Shown piece by piece: positions 15,964 to 25,625 of a DNA stretch of 27,048 nucleotides; within the stretch, counting starts at the first letter, position 1, and every line of letters starts with the position of its first letter. The notes beneath the pieces are model-generated. The model saw nothing but the letters and a program-made list of their open reading frames with translations. It searched no databases and was not told where the DNA came from. A program made the position numbers and the translations under genes. The stretch is from contig JACTMV010000308.1 of NCBI GenBank assembly GCA_014584455.1, positions 1-27,048 on the forward strand, in the 5' to 3' direction. This DNA comes from Pseudomonadota bacterium. Its GTDB lineage: Bacteria > Myxococcota_A > Polyangia > Haliangiales > Haliangiaceae.

Positions 15964-16539
15964 TCACAGGCAGGTCACGCTGCTGACCGCGGTGTGGCTG
16001 CAGTGGGTGTCGGGATCGGTCGAGGCCGCGGTCAGGTGGTAGATGCGACAGGCCAGCGTGTTGCCGGCGATGTCGCTGGCGTCGTAGGTCTCGGTGGCGT
16101 CGAGGCCGGGGCAGGCCGCCAGGCAGGCGGCGACCGAGGCGTAGGGCGGCACCGCCTGGTCGCTGCACAGGGCGTCGGTGATGGCGCAGAAGCTCTCGCA
16201 GTTGGTGCCGCAGGTGCCGTCGCCGCCGGGGCCGGCGCGGGTGCAGGCGGTGGGGTCGCCCTCGGCGATCGCCGCCCAGTACGTCCGGCAGGCGATGGTC
16301 TGGCCGCCGCGATCGTCGGGCGCGCCCAGCTCCAGGGTCTCGCACGTCGCCTGGCAGGTCGAGACGTCGGAGAACTGCGCGACCGCGCCCTGGCAGTTGC
16401 GCATGACCAGCACGCAGTAGTCCTCGCAGGCGTTGGCGACCCGGTCGACCTCCGTCCCGCCACAGGCGAGCCCCGCGAGCGCGGCCCCGATCATGACCAT
16501 GGTGCCGCCGACGAGTCCCCGGGTTCGCATCGCCTGCAT
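15964..16539 (-). CDS. Cysteine-rich lipoprotein (191 aa) built from an internally duplicated ~65-aa 6-Cys module
   Basis: Start MQAMRTRGLVGGTMVMIGAALAGLACGG (lipobox) at ATG 16537-16539; the larger 325-aa ORF upstream is Arg/Pro-rich junk. The two halves align as CEDYC..NC..AVAQFSDVSTCQATCETL...QTIACRTYWAAIA and CESFC..LC..AVPPYASVAACLAACPGL...NTLACRIYHLTAA. Confidence 0.6.
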   Translation of the reverse strand: MQAMRTRGLVGGTMVMIGAALAGLACGGTEVDRVANACEDYCVLVMRNCQGAVAQFSDVSTCQATCETLELGAPDDRGGQTIACRTYWAAIAEGDPTACTRAGPGGDGTCGTNCESFCAITDALCSDQAVPPYASVAACLAACPGLDATETYDASDIAGNTLACRIYHLTAASTDPDTHCSHTAVSSVTCL

Positions 16540-16601
16540 CGTAGGTGAGGCCGTGGCCGCCGGCAACCGACTGGCCGCCGCGGCGCCCGGGCGGCCCGGG
16601 A

Positions 16602-18143
16602 TCAGGCGAACGCGAGCTGGCGGGGGGTCGGGCCGTAGCGGGCCAGGTAGCCGGCGAGCGCCAGCTTCTTCAGGGCCGCCGCCGACGACATGTAGCGGAC
16701 GACGCCGAAGATCGGACGCTCGGGCGCCCACGGGCGATCGAAGCGGCCCAGGGTCCAGAAGATGCCGCTGTACGAGTTGGGATCGCGGCCGTCGACGGCG
16801 TGCTTGTTGTTGAGGTGGACGAGCGCGGCCAGCGCGGCGCGCGGCGACGGCGACCACTCGAGGACCTTCTTGCCCCACAGCATGCGCAGGTAGTTCTGGA
16901 TCCGGCCGTCGCGCACGAGCTGGGTCTGGGCGGCGTTCCACAGCGGATCATGGGTGGCGGCCGCCTCGAGCGCCGGCAGATCGTAGCGGTGCGGCCGCGG
17001 ATCGGCGGCGTGGTCGTCGAGGGTGCGCCGGGCCCACGCCGGCAACGACTCGTAGCGATCGTGATCGTCGGGGCGGTGGAAGGCGAAGCCGTGGCCGAGC
17101 TCGCGCCAGGTGAAGACCTCGTCGACGAAGGCCTCGGCCGGCGGCGGCAGCCCCCACCACCCCTCGCGCTTGCCCGAGGCGCGGGTGGCGATCCGCGACG
17201 GATCCCAGTCGGCCTCGGCCCACACCCGGTGCAGGACCTGGTGGGCGCCGACGTGGCCGAAGTGGAGGTACGACGACAGCCCGCTGGCGGCGTCGGCGTC
17301 GGGCTGGTTGCGATCCTCGGCGTACCGGGGCAGGCGGCGGGCGATGAAGTCGTCGAGCACGGCGACCGCCGCCGGCGCGCCGCCGCGCTCGGCCACCGGG
17401 CGGACGGCGTGATCGATGGGCAGCCGGGCCAGCGCCGCGGCCTCGCCGGCGAGCAGCGCCGCGCTCGCCGCCGGCCACCGCCGGGCGACCGCGCCCGGGA
17501 CCTCGCCGCCGCGGACCACGGCCGGGGCGGCGGCCAGCGGCGCCGGCGACGGCGCGCTCACGAGATGGGGATGGATCACCTTCTGCCAGTGCCAGCGGAA
17601 GGCGGCCGCCGTGGCGAAGGCGCGCTCGCTGGCGCGCAGCGGCAGGAGGCCGTTGCCGTCGACCTGCTCGACCCGCACCGCCAGCCTCGCCGCCGCCGCC
17701 GCCACCATCCGCGGCACGAAGAAGCACGGCCACTCGTCGGTGACCACCAGCGCGGCGCGCGCGGCCAGGGCCTCGAGCAGGCCGCGCCCCGCGCCCGGCG
17801 CCGGCTCGACGTACGGGTGGTACGCGACGCCGGCGGCGGCGAACGCGCGGGCGCTGGCGGCCATGCCGTCGAGGACGAAGCGGTGCAGGCGGTCGCTGGC
17901 CCACGGGTAGCCGGCGCGCAGGGCCTCGAGGACGAGCAGCGGCCGCCCCAGCTCGGCGGCGCGGGCGAGCGCGTGATCGAGGCCGAAGCTCCACGCGGCG
18001 CGGCGCGCCGCCACCATCCAGTAGAGGACGTGGGCGCCGCGGGGCGCCACCGGCCGGTCGTTGACCGCGGTCACGCGGGCGGCCGGGGCCGCGGCGGGCG
18101 GCGCCGGGGCCGCGACGCGCGAGCGGGAGAGTGAGCGGGGCAC
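16602..18143 (-). CDS. phr: Deoxyribodipyrimidine (CPD) photolyase, class II
   Basis: Collinear class II photolyase motifs: N-terminal HVLYWM (M. mazei PhrB: PVVYWM); SSYLHFGHV; C-terminal YLRMLWGKKVLEWSPSPRAALAALVHLNNKHAVDGRDPNSYSGIFWTLGRFDRPWAPERPIFGVVRYMS (compared with [69 protein letters not shown]). The reported start is a GTG; the true start may be a little downstream. Confidence 0.85.
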   Translation of the reverse strand: MPRSLSRSRVAAPAPPAAAPAARVTAVNDRPVAPRGAHVLYWMVAARRAAWSFGLDHALARAAELGRPLLVLEALRAGYPWASDRLHRFVLDGMAASARAFAAAGVAYHPYVEPAPGAGRGLLEALAARAALVVTDEWPCFFVPRMVAAAAARLAVRVEQVDGNGLLPLRASERAFATAAAFRWHWQKVIHPHLVSAPSPAPLAAAPAVVRGGEVPGAVARRWPAASAALLAGEAAALARLPIDHAVRPVAERGGAPAAVAVLDDFIARRLPRYAEDRNQPDADAASGLSSYLHFGHVGAHQVLHRVWAEADWDPSRIATRASGKREGWWGLPPPAEAFVDEVFTWRELGHGFAFHRPDDHDRYESLPAWARRTLDDHAADPRPHRYDLPALEAAATHDPLWNAAQTQLVRDGRIQNYLRMLWGKKVLEWSPSPRAALAALVHLNNKHAVDGRDPNSYSGIFWTLGRFDRPWAPERPIFGVVRYMSSAAALKKLALAGYLARYGPTPRQLAFA

Positions 18144-18173
18144 CCGACTAGGACGGCGCCGGCGACGGGGCGG

Positions 18174-18902
18174 TTACGCCGCGCGGGCCGGGTGCAGGCC
18201 GTCGGCGGCGCGCCGCAGGGCGGCCGGCGCGTCGGCGGTGACCACCGCGCCGTGGCCGGGCACGACCCGGGCCAGGCCGGGCCAGGCCGCGAGCCGGCGC
18301 AGGTGCGCGGCGTAGGCGGCGCGATCCTTCACGAGGAACCAGCGGGCGGTGCGCGTGACCTTGGGCCCGCCGGTCGAGCCGATGAGCGCGACCACCCTGC
18401 CCTTCCAGCCCGGGAGTCGATCGGGGAGGTTCATGAACGCGTCGTTGAAGACCGCGGTCACGGCGCCGTCGCCGTCGCGGTGGAGGAGGACCGCCTCCTC
18501 GGGGACGCCATCGAGCGCCTGCCAGGTCACGGCCGCGCCGCCCGGCAGGAGCGCCAGGTCACCGTCGACCGCGACCCGGCGCGCCACCGCCGCCTGCGAC
18601 GCCGCCGTCGTCACCACCCGCGCCGCGGGGTAGCGCGCCTTCCAGCGCGGGGCGTCCATCGTGTGGTTGCGGCTGGGCACGACGATCCAGCGCACCGGCC
18701 CCAGCGCCTCGATCGCGGCCTGGGTCGCGTCGTCGCAGCACACGACGCTGTGCACCGCCAGGCTGCCGTCGCCCAGGCGCAGCACCGTCATGCGGCGGCC
18801 GATGGGCAGGAGGTCGAGGCTGGCGTCGACGATCCACAGGCCGTCGGCCAGCATCGTGAGCGGTCCGTGCGATGCTTGCCGCCATGAGTCCCGGGTGGCC
18901 AT
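18174..18902 (-). CDS. Hypothetical protein, possibly DUF4336-like (MBL-fold) family, upstream of and co-oriented with the photolyase
   Basis: 242-aa soluble protein (…RRMTVLRLGDGSLAVHSVVCCDDATQAAIEALGPVRWIVVPSRNHTM…). A 30-bp gap separates it from the photolyase start. An alternative start at ATG 18852-18854 (MLADGLW) would avoid overlap with the divergent gene. The family assignment is from memory of the motif pattern and is not verified. Confidence 0.5.
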   Translation of the reverse strand: MATRDSWRQASHGPLTMLADGLWIVDASLDLLPIGRRMTVLRLGDGSLAVHSVVCCDDATQAAIEALGPVRWIVVPSRNHTMDAPRWKARYPAARVVTTAASQAAVARRVAVDGDLALLPGGAAVTWQALDGVPEEAVLLHRDGDGAVTAVFNDAFMNLPDRLPGWKGRVVALIGSTGGPKVTRTARWFLVKDRAAYAAHLRRLAAWPGLARVVPGHGAVVTADAPAALRRAADGLHPARAA

Positions 18903-21571
18903 CCGGCTGCGATGCTCGCCGGATCGCGTTCGTCGCGCCAGCCGCGGCGGTCGCCTTGTGCGCGGCCGCCGCCCACCACCCGGCCGCCGCCGACGACGCC
19001 CGCGACCTGTTCGGCCTCGACGCGCCGGCCGACGCGCCGGCGACCTGCGCCGACGCCCGCGACCTGCCGTGCCCGGTCGACGACGCGCGGCCGCCGGCGG
19101 CGTGGCGCACCCGGCTCCGCGCCACGTACCTCCTGCGCCTGCCCCTGGCCGCGGCCGACCTCGACGCCGCCGCCGGCCTCGTGGTGGGCGCCGGCCGCGA
19201 CGACGGCGGCCTCTACTACGCCGGCGCGACCTCGGCCGACAACCGCTGGCTGGTGGACGGCGCGGCCGTCGACTCGCCGCGGCTGGGCAACCTCGGCCTG
19301 CGGGTGCCGCTGGCGTTCGTCGACGAGGTGACGGTGACCACCGGCGGCTTCTCGGCCCGCGACCGGGCCGCGGTCGGCGCCGTGATCGAGGCCCGCCTGC
19401 GCGAGGGCGGCGACCACCATCGCGCCACCGCCCGCGCCTGGCTCGGCGCCGGCGCGCCGCCGCGGCTCACCGCGCCGGTGCGCGGCGAGTACCGCTCGTT
19501 CCAGGGCCGCCTCGCCGATCAGCGCGCGCTCGACCTGGCGCTCGTCGGCGACGGGCCGCTGCTCCGCGCCGGCGGCGCGCGCCTGTGGTACGCGGCCGGC
19601 GTCGCGCCGCGGCTGGCGGACGCCTCGCTGGTCCGCCACGCCTGGCGCCGCGCCGACGCCGACGGCGACCTGCGCCCCGACCGGCGGCCCGACGGCCTCC
19701 TGGTCCACGACCCGCTGGGCACCGCCCACCGCGACGCGGTGGCGTGGTCGGTGCCGGCGATGCTGCGGCTGGGCGCGCGCGCCGCCCACCACGATCTGGC
19801 CGCCACCGCGCTGGTCACCGCCGCCGGCGACACCCGGTGGCGGGTCACCGCCGAGGAGGACGCCGCCGGCGTCGATCGTCGCGACCTCGACGCCTCGCTG
19901 TCGGCGACCTGGCGCGGCACCTGGCCGCGCACCCGCGCCCGCGTCGTCGCGAGCTGGCTGCGCGCCGGCCGCGTCGAGTCGCCGCGCGCCGCCGGCGGCC
20001 TCGCCCCCGATCTCGGCCTCGCCTACATCCCGCCGCCCGAGGCCACGACGACCGGCGCCGATCGCGCCGTCCGCGCCGGCTGCACCGATCAGGTCGCCGA
20101 CGATCCGTACCCCGGCTTCGTCAACTGCCCGTTCCCCACCGGCTACTACCACGTCGGCGGCGTCGGCCAGCTCGGCGACGTGATCCAGGACCGGCCGGGC
20201 GTGGTGGCCGAGCTCGAGCGCGCCATCGGCGACCACACCATCGCCGCCGGGGTGAGCGGCGAGGACGCCCGCGTCGTCCTCCGCACCCGCTACAGCGGCG
20301 GCTACCTCCGCCGCCAGCTCGGCCCCGAGGCCTACGTCGACTACCGCCTGGTGCGGGTCGGCGCCGGGCCCGGCCTCGACGACGCCTGCGGCGACGTGGC
20401 GTGCGACTGGCTCGACGAGCACGAGCGCACGATCCGTACCCGCCACGTCGCGGCCTGGCTCGCCGACACCTGGCGACCGGGCGCCGCGATCGCGGTCGAG
20501 TACGGGGCGCGCGCCGAGGCCAGCCAGATCGGCGAGTCGGTGCGGGTCCGCGATCTGCTGCCGCGGCTGGGCGCGGCCTGGGACTTCCTCGGCGGCGGCC
20601 GCTCGCGCGCCTTCGTCGGCTGGGGCCGCTACGCCGCGGCGCTGCCCGCGGGCGCCGGCGAGCGCGTGTTCTCGGGGCCCACCGTCTACCAGCAGGCGAC
20701 CTTCGGCCCGACCATGACCCACGCCCTCGCCGCCAGCGGCGAGGTGCCGATCGCGCCCGACCTGCGCGGCGTGCGCGTCGACGAGGCGCTGGCCGGCGTC
20801 GAGGTCGGCGCCGCCGACGTGGCGCGGCTGGGCGTGGTGGCGCGCCACCGCCACCTCGGCCGCGGGCTCGAGACCGTGGGCGGCGTGCTGACCGTGGTCG
20901 GCGCCGAGCCCGGCCAGGCCGCCGCCACCCGCGAGCTGATCGAGGTCGGCGTGACCGGCGAGACCTCGCCCGCCGCCGCGGTCACCGTGCGCGCCGGCTA
21001 CGCCTGGTCGCGGCTGCGCGGCAACTGGGCCGGCCCCCACGATCCGGTCGACGGCTTCGGCCTCTACCTGTCGTCGGCGCTCGACGACGGCGCGATCAAC
21101 GCCACCGGCCCCCTGCCCAACGACCAGCCCCACCGCTTCTTCGCCGAGGTCACCGGCCGCGGCCGCAAGGCCGGGTTCGAGCTCGAGCTCGGGCTGCGCG
21201 CCGCCGCCACCTCGGGCCGGCCGCGCAGCGTGCGCACGATCGCCGGCCAGAGCTTCCTCCTGCCTCGCGGCGCCGCCGGCCGCCTGCCGACGGTGGCCCA
21301 GACCAGCGCCCGCCTGGCGGCGCGCCGCGGGCGCCTCACGGTCGGCCTCGACGTGCTCAACCTGTTCGACCGTCGCGGCACCGTCGCCGTCGACGAGGTC
21401 CACGTCATCGACGCGCTCCTGCCCATCGACGGCGGCGACGCCGGCGACCTGATCTTCGCCAAGGACAACGTCTTCGAGTCGGAGCCGGCCCGGGTCAACC
21501 GTCGCCGCGGCGCGCCCAGCCGCTTCCAGGCGCCGCTGCTCGCCGTGCTCGGCGTGCGCGTCGAGCTGTGA
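18872..21571 (+). CDS. Outer-membrane TonB-dependent-receptor-like protein (plug domain plus large beta-barrel), ~899 aa
   Basis: N-terminal signal-like hydrophobic segment. Plug-domain signature NRWLVDGAAVDSPRLGNLGLRVPLAFVDEVTVTTGGFSARDRAAVGAVIEARLREGG (compared with the TBDR plug ..DGV......G..dl..iP...IERIEV..GP.S.lYG..A.GGVINI.T). The remaining ~750 aa are rich in alternating beta-strand-like segments, and the protein ends ...LLAVLGVRVEL. The terminal residue is Leu rather than Phe, so it is atypical. Confidence 0.5.
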   Translation: MLAAMSPGWPSGCDARRIAFVAPAAAVALCAAAAHHPAAADDARDLFGLDAPADAPATCADARDLPCPVDDARPPAAWRTRLRATYLLRLPLAAADLDAAAGLVVGAGRDDGGLYYAGATSADNRWLVDGAAVDSPRLGNLGLRVPLAFVDEVTVTTGGFSARDRAAVGAVIEARLREGGDHHRATARAWLGAGAPPRLTAPVRGEYRSFQGRLADQRALDLALVGDGPLLRAGGARLWYAAGVAPRLADASLVRHAWRRADADGDLRPDRRPDGLLVHDPLGTAHRDAVAWSVPAMLRLGARAAHHDLAATALVTAAGDTRWRVTAEEDAAGVDRRDLDASLSATWRGTWPRTRARVVASWLRAGRVESPRAAGGLAPDLGLAYIPPPEATTTGADRAVRAGCTDQVADDPYPGFVNCPFPTGYYHVGGVGQLGDVIQDRPGVVAELERAIGDHTIAAGVSGEDARVVLRTRYSGGYLRRQLGPEAYVDYRLVRVGAGPGLDDACGDVACDWLDEHERTIRTRHVAAWLADTWRPGAAIAVEYGARAEASQIGESVRVRDLLPRLGAAWDFLGGGRSRAFVGWGRYAAALPAGAGERVFSGPTVYQQATFGPTMTHALAASGEVPIAPDLRGVRVDEALAGVEVGAADVARLGVVARHRHLGRGLETVGGVLTVVGAEPGQAAATRELIEVGVTGETSPAAAVTVRAGYAWSRLRGNWAGPHDPVDGFGLYLSSALDDGAINATGPLPNDQPHRFFAEVTGRGRKAGFELELGLRAAATSGRPRSVRTIAGQSFLLPRGAAGRLPTVAQTSARLAARRGRLTVGLDVLNLFDRRGTVAVDEVHVIDALLPIDGGDAGDLIFAKDNVFESEPARVNRRRGAPSRFQAPLLAVLGVRVEL

Positions 21572-21589
21572 GCCGCCGCCGCCGCGCGG

Positions 21590-23011
<1,422 letters not shown>

Positions 23012-23086
23012 GATGGGGGCGCGCACCTTGCCACGGGTGGGGCCGGCATACCAGCCGGACCCTCCGGAGGCGACCGGTGGCCTATC

Positions 23087-24415
23087 ATGAGGGGCATGCG
23101 GCGGCTCGCGCCCCTCCTCGCGCCCCTGGCGCTCGCCGCCGCGTGCGGCGACAACCTGCCCCAGGTCCACCGCCTCGACATCGTCGGCCACACCGACCTG
23201 GGGGCGCGCGGCATGTACGCGGCGCTGGCGGTCGCTGGCGACACCGCCTACGTCGGCTCGCGCAACGACAAGAAGGGCGTGCTCATCGTCGACCTCGCCG
23301 ATCCGGCGCGGCCGACGGTGGTCGGCGAGCTCGGCCCGCCCGACGAGGGGCTGCCGTCGATGTCGTCGCGCGAGCTGCGCGCGGTGCCCGACCTCGACCT
23401 CCTGATCGTGCTCAACATGGTCTGCGGCGAGGAGCAGCACGGCTGCGCGCCGACCGGCGGCGAGGTCGAGAACTTCAAGCTCTACGACATCGCCGACCGG
23501 CGGGCGCCGCGCCTGGTCGCGACCATCCCGGTGACCGGCGACTTCCGCCGGCCGCGCAGCCCGCACGAGTTCTACCTGTGGCGCGACGGCGCGCGCGTGC
23601 TGCTGTTCGTGTCGGCGCCGCCGGGGCCGCCGGCGTTCGAGGTCATCGACGTCACCGATCCACGGGCGCCGGTGCGCACGACGTGGGATCCGACCCAGGA
23701 GGGCGTGCGCCGGCTGTCCGGCGACTACATCCTGCACTCGGTGGGGGTGTCGGCCGACGGCAAGATCGCGTACCTCTCACACCTCCGCGCCGGCCTCCTG
23801 CTCGCCGACGTCTCGGCGCTGCCCGCGGTCCGGCTGCTCACGCCGCCCGACGCGGCGGTGACCTGGCCGCCCGCCGAGTTCGCCGGCCCGCACTCGGCCG
23901 TGCAGCTCCGCGGCCGCAACGTGCTGGTGCTGAGCGAGGAGGTCTACCCCAACCCGCTCGGCACCGGCTGCCCGTGGGGGCACGTCCGCACCGTCGATGC
24001 CTCCGATCCCGCGGCGCCGGTGCTGCTCGGCGAGTTCCGGCTGCCCGAGAACGATCCGGCCTACTGCGCCGGCGGCGACCACGACCGCGTCGCCTTCACC
24101 GCCCACAACATCACCACCACCCGCGACCTGGCCTTCGTCACCTGGTACTCGGGCGGCCTCCAGGTGATCGACGTCGAGGATCCGCGGGCGCCGGTGGGGC
24201 TGGCCGAGCTGCGGCCCGAGCCGGTGCCGGTGGTCGAGCACGAGGACCCGACCCTGGGCGGCCACCCGGTGCTGATGTGGAGCTACCCGGTGATCCAGGG
24301 CGGCCTCGTCCACGTCGTCGACTCGCGCAACGGCCTCTACGTCCTGCGCTACCGGGGCCGCCACGAGGACCAGCTCTTCGAGGACCTGTTCGTCGAGGGC
24401 AACAGCAACCTGTGA
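23087..24415 (+). CDS. Lipoprotein with LVIVD beta-propeller repeats
   Basis: Lipobox [11 protein letters not shown]. Recurrent LVIVD-repeat motifs (PF08309-like): [53 protein letters not shown]. There is an alternative start at ATG 23096, preceded by GAGGGG. Confidence 0.8.
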   Translation: MRGMRRLAPLLAPLALAAACGDNLPQVHRLDIVGHTDLGARGMYAALAVAGDTAYVGSRNDKKGVLIVDLADPARPTVVGELGPPDEGLPSMSSRELRAVPDLDLLIVLNMVCGEEQHGCAPTGGEVENFKLYDIADRRAPRLVATIPVTGDFRRPRSPHEFYLWRDGARVLLFVSAPPGPPAFEVIDVTDPRAPVRTTWDPTQEGVRRLSGDYILHSVGVSADGKIAYLSHLRAGLLLADVSALPAVRLLTPPDAAVTWPPAEFAGPHSAVQLRGRNVLVLSEEVYPNPLGTGCPWGHVRTVDASDPAAPVLLGEFRLPENDPAYCAGGDHDRVAFTAHNITTTRDLAFVTWYSGGLQVIDVEDPRAPVGLAELRPEPVPVVEHEDPTLGGHPVLMWSYPVIQGGLVHVVDSRNGLYVLRYRGRHEDQLFEDLFVEGNSNL

Positions 24416-24443
24416 CCGGCGCCGGCGCGGTCGCGCCCGGCGG

Positions 24444-24497
24444 GCCCGGTCAGGCCGGTCAGGCCGGTCACGCCGGTCACGCCGGTCACGCCGGTCA
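24444..24497. repeat. 9-bp tandem repeat (GCCGGTCAG / GCCGGTCAC) x6
   Basis: Six tandem units (cccggtcag gccggtcag gccggtcac gccggtcac gccggtcac gccggtcag) fill the gap between convergent genes (stops at 24415 and 24500). They share the GCCGGTC core with 15904..15930. Confidence 0.7.
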
Positions 24498-24499
24498 GG

Positions 24500-25519
24500 T
24501 CAGGGCGCGAGGGTCGCCGCGGCGGGCTGGGCCTCGACGTCGGCGAGGTGGTCGACGTAGCCGGCCAGCGCATGCGGCAGCGGGTGGGCGTCGCAGGGCG
24601 TGGGCGTGCCGAGGATGAACGTGGCGGCCGGCGGGACGCCAGCCTTGGCGTAGGCGCAGACGTCGGTGGCGGCGTTGCCGTAGGCGCGGACGACGCGCAG
24701 CCCGGCGGCCTGGAGCGCGGTCAGAGCCTCGCGCTTGAACGCGCCGACGCCGTCGCGGCTCGGTCGGCCGTCGCGCAGACGATCGGGGGTGAACAGCGGC
24801 CCGAACGGGAAGCCGCCGGTCACCAGCCAGCGCCGGGTGCGCTCGCGCAGCGGGTACGGGCGGCCGGTGACGTAGACGACGAGGTAGCCCTTGTCGGCCC
24901 AGGCCCGGGCCACCGCGGCGGCGCCGGCGAAGGCCTCGGCGCCACGCCCGAGCAGGTCGTCGAGCAGCTCGCCGTCGTCGATCGTGAGCGTGCCGTCGAT
25001 GTCGAACACCACCGCCGGCGTGGCGCCGGGCAGCACCCAGACGCCGCCCTCGGCGGCGCTGCCGTCGCCGGCGACCCGCATCCAGTAGCGGTGGTGCCCG
25101 GGCGGCAGCGCCGGCGCCTGGTAGCCGGCGCGGCCGTCGTCGTCGGTGCCGGTGCGGCCGAGGCGGCGGACCGCGCAGTCGGCGCCCGCCAGGTAGACGT
25201 CGACGTCCTCGCCCTCGAGGTCCTTCGAGACCTTGCCGTAGGCGAACTTGGCGACGAGCTCGGGCCGGGTCCGCGCCGGCACGACGACGTCGCTGGCGAC
25301 GTGGCGCGGCTCGCCCATGCGCGCGACCACGGCGCTGCGATCGTGGCGCCACGCCGCGCCGCTGGCGGTCGGCGGCGCGCAGGCCGGCGCCTCGCCCGGC
25401 CACGGCACGCGCGGCGCCGCCCGCTCGCGCTGGCAGCCGCCGGCGAGGACGAGCGCGGCGGCCAGGGTGGCGAGCGCGACGAGCGTGGAGGGGGTGAGGG
25501 TCGAGGTAGGGCGGGTCAC
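24500..25519 (-). CDS. Lipoprotein with HAD-superfamily (DxDGT) phosphatase-like domain (LNS2/App1-like)
   Basis: Lipobox LVLAGGC. HAD motif I VVFDIDGTLT; downstream YVTGRP...R..T..WL and GNAATD (motif IV-like). The exact subfamily is not resolved. Confidence 0.6.
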   Translation of the reverse strand: MTRPTSTLTPSTLVALATLAAALVLAGGCQRERAAPRVPWPGEAPACAPPTASGAAWRHDRSAVVARMGEPRHVASDVVVPARTRPELVAKFAYGKVSKDLEGEDVDVYLAGADCAVRRLGRTGTDDDGRAGYQAPALPPGHHRYWMRVAGDGSAAEGGVWVLPGATPAVVFDIDGTLTIDDGELLDDLLGRGAEAFAGAAAVARAWADKGYLVVYVTGRPYPLRERTRRWLVTGGFPFGPLFTPDRLRDGRPSRDGVGAFKREALTALQAAGLRVVRAYGNAATDVCAYAKAGVPPAATFILGTPTPCDAHPLPHALAGYVDHLADVEAQPAAATLAP

Positions 25520-25542
25520 GGCGCGTCGCGGAGCGTACCGGA

Positions 25543-25592
25543 TCCGGGTCCGGACTCGGGCTCGGGTTCGGATTCGGGCTCGGGTTCGGCTC
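25543..25592. repeat. Degenerate hexamer repeat (TCGGGY)n, ~8 units
   Basis: ccgggtccggactcgggctcgggttcggattcgggctcgggttcggctccgag in the 106-bp gap between the helicase C-terminal gene stop (25626) and the HAD-lipoprotein start (25519). It lies in the leader/promoter region of the latter. Confidence 0.6.
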
Positions 25593-25625
25593 CGAGACCG
25601 ACGACGACCTCGGCCGGCGCGGACG

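Noticed and set aside
9329-16042. 2237-aa plus-strand ORF
   Set aside because: An open frame caused by GC bias. It is out of frame with MVP and VIT-vWA, antisense to the M50-like gene, and has a poly-Arg/Gly/Pro composition.
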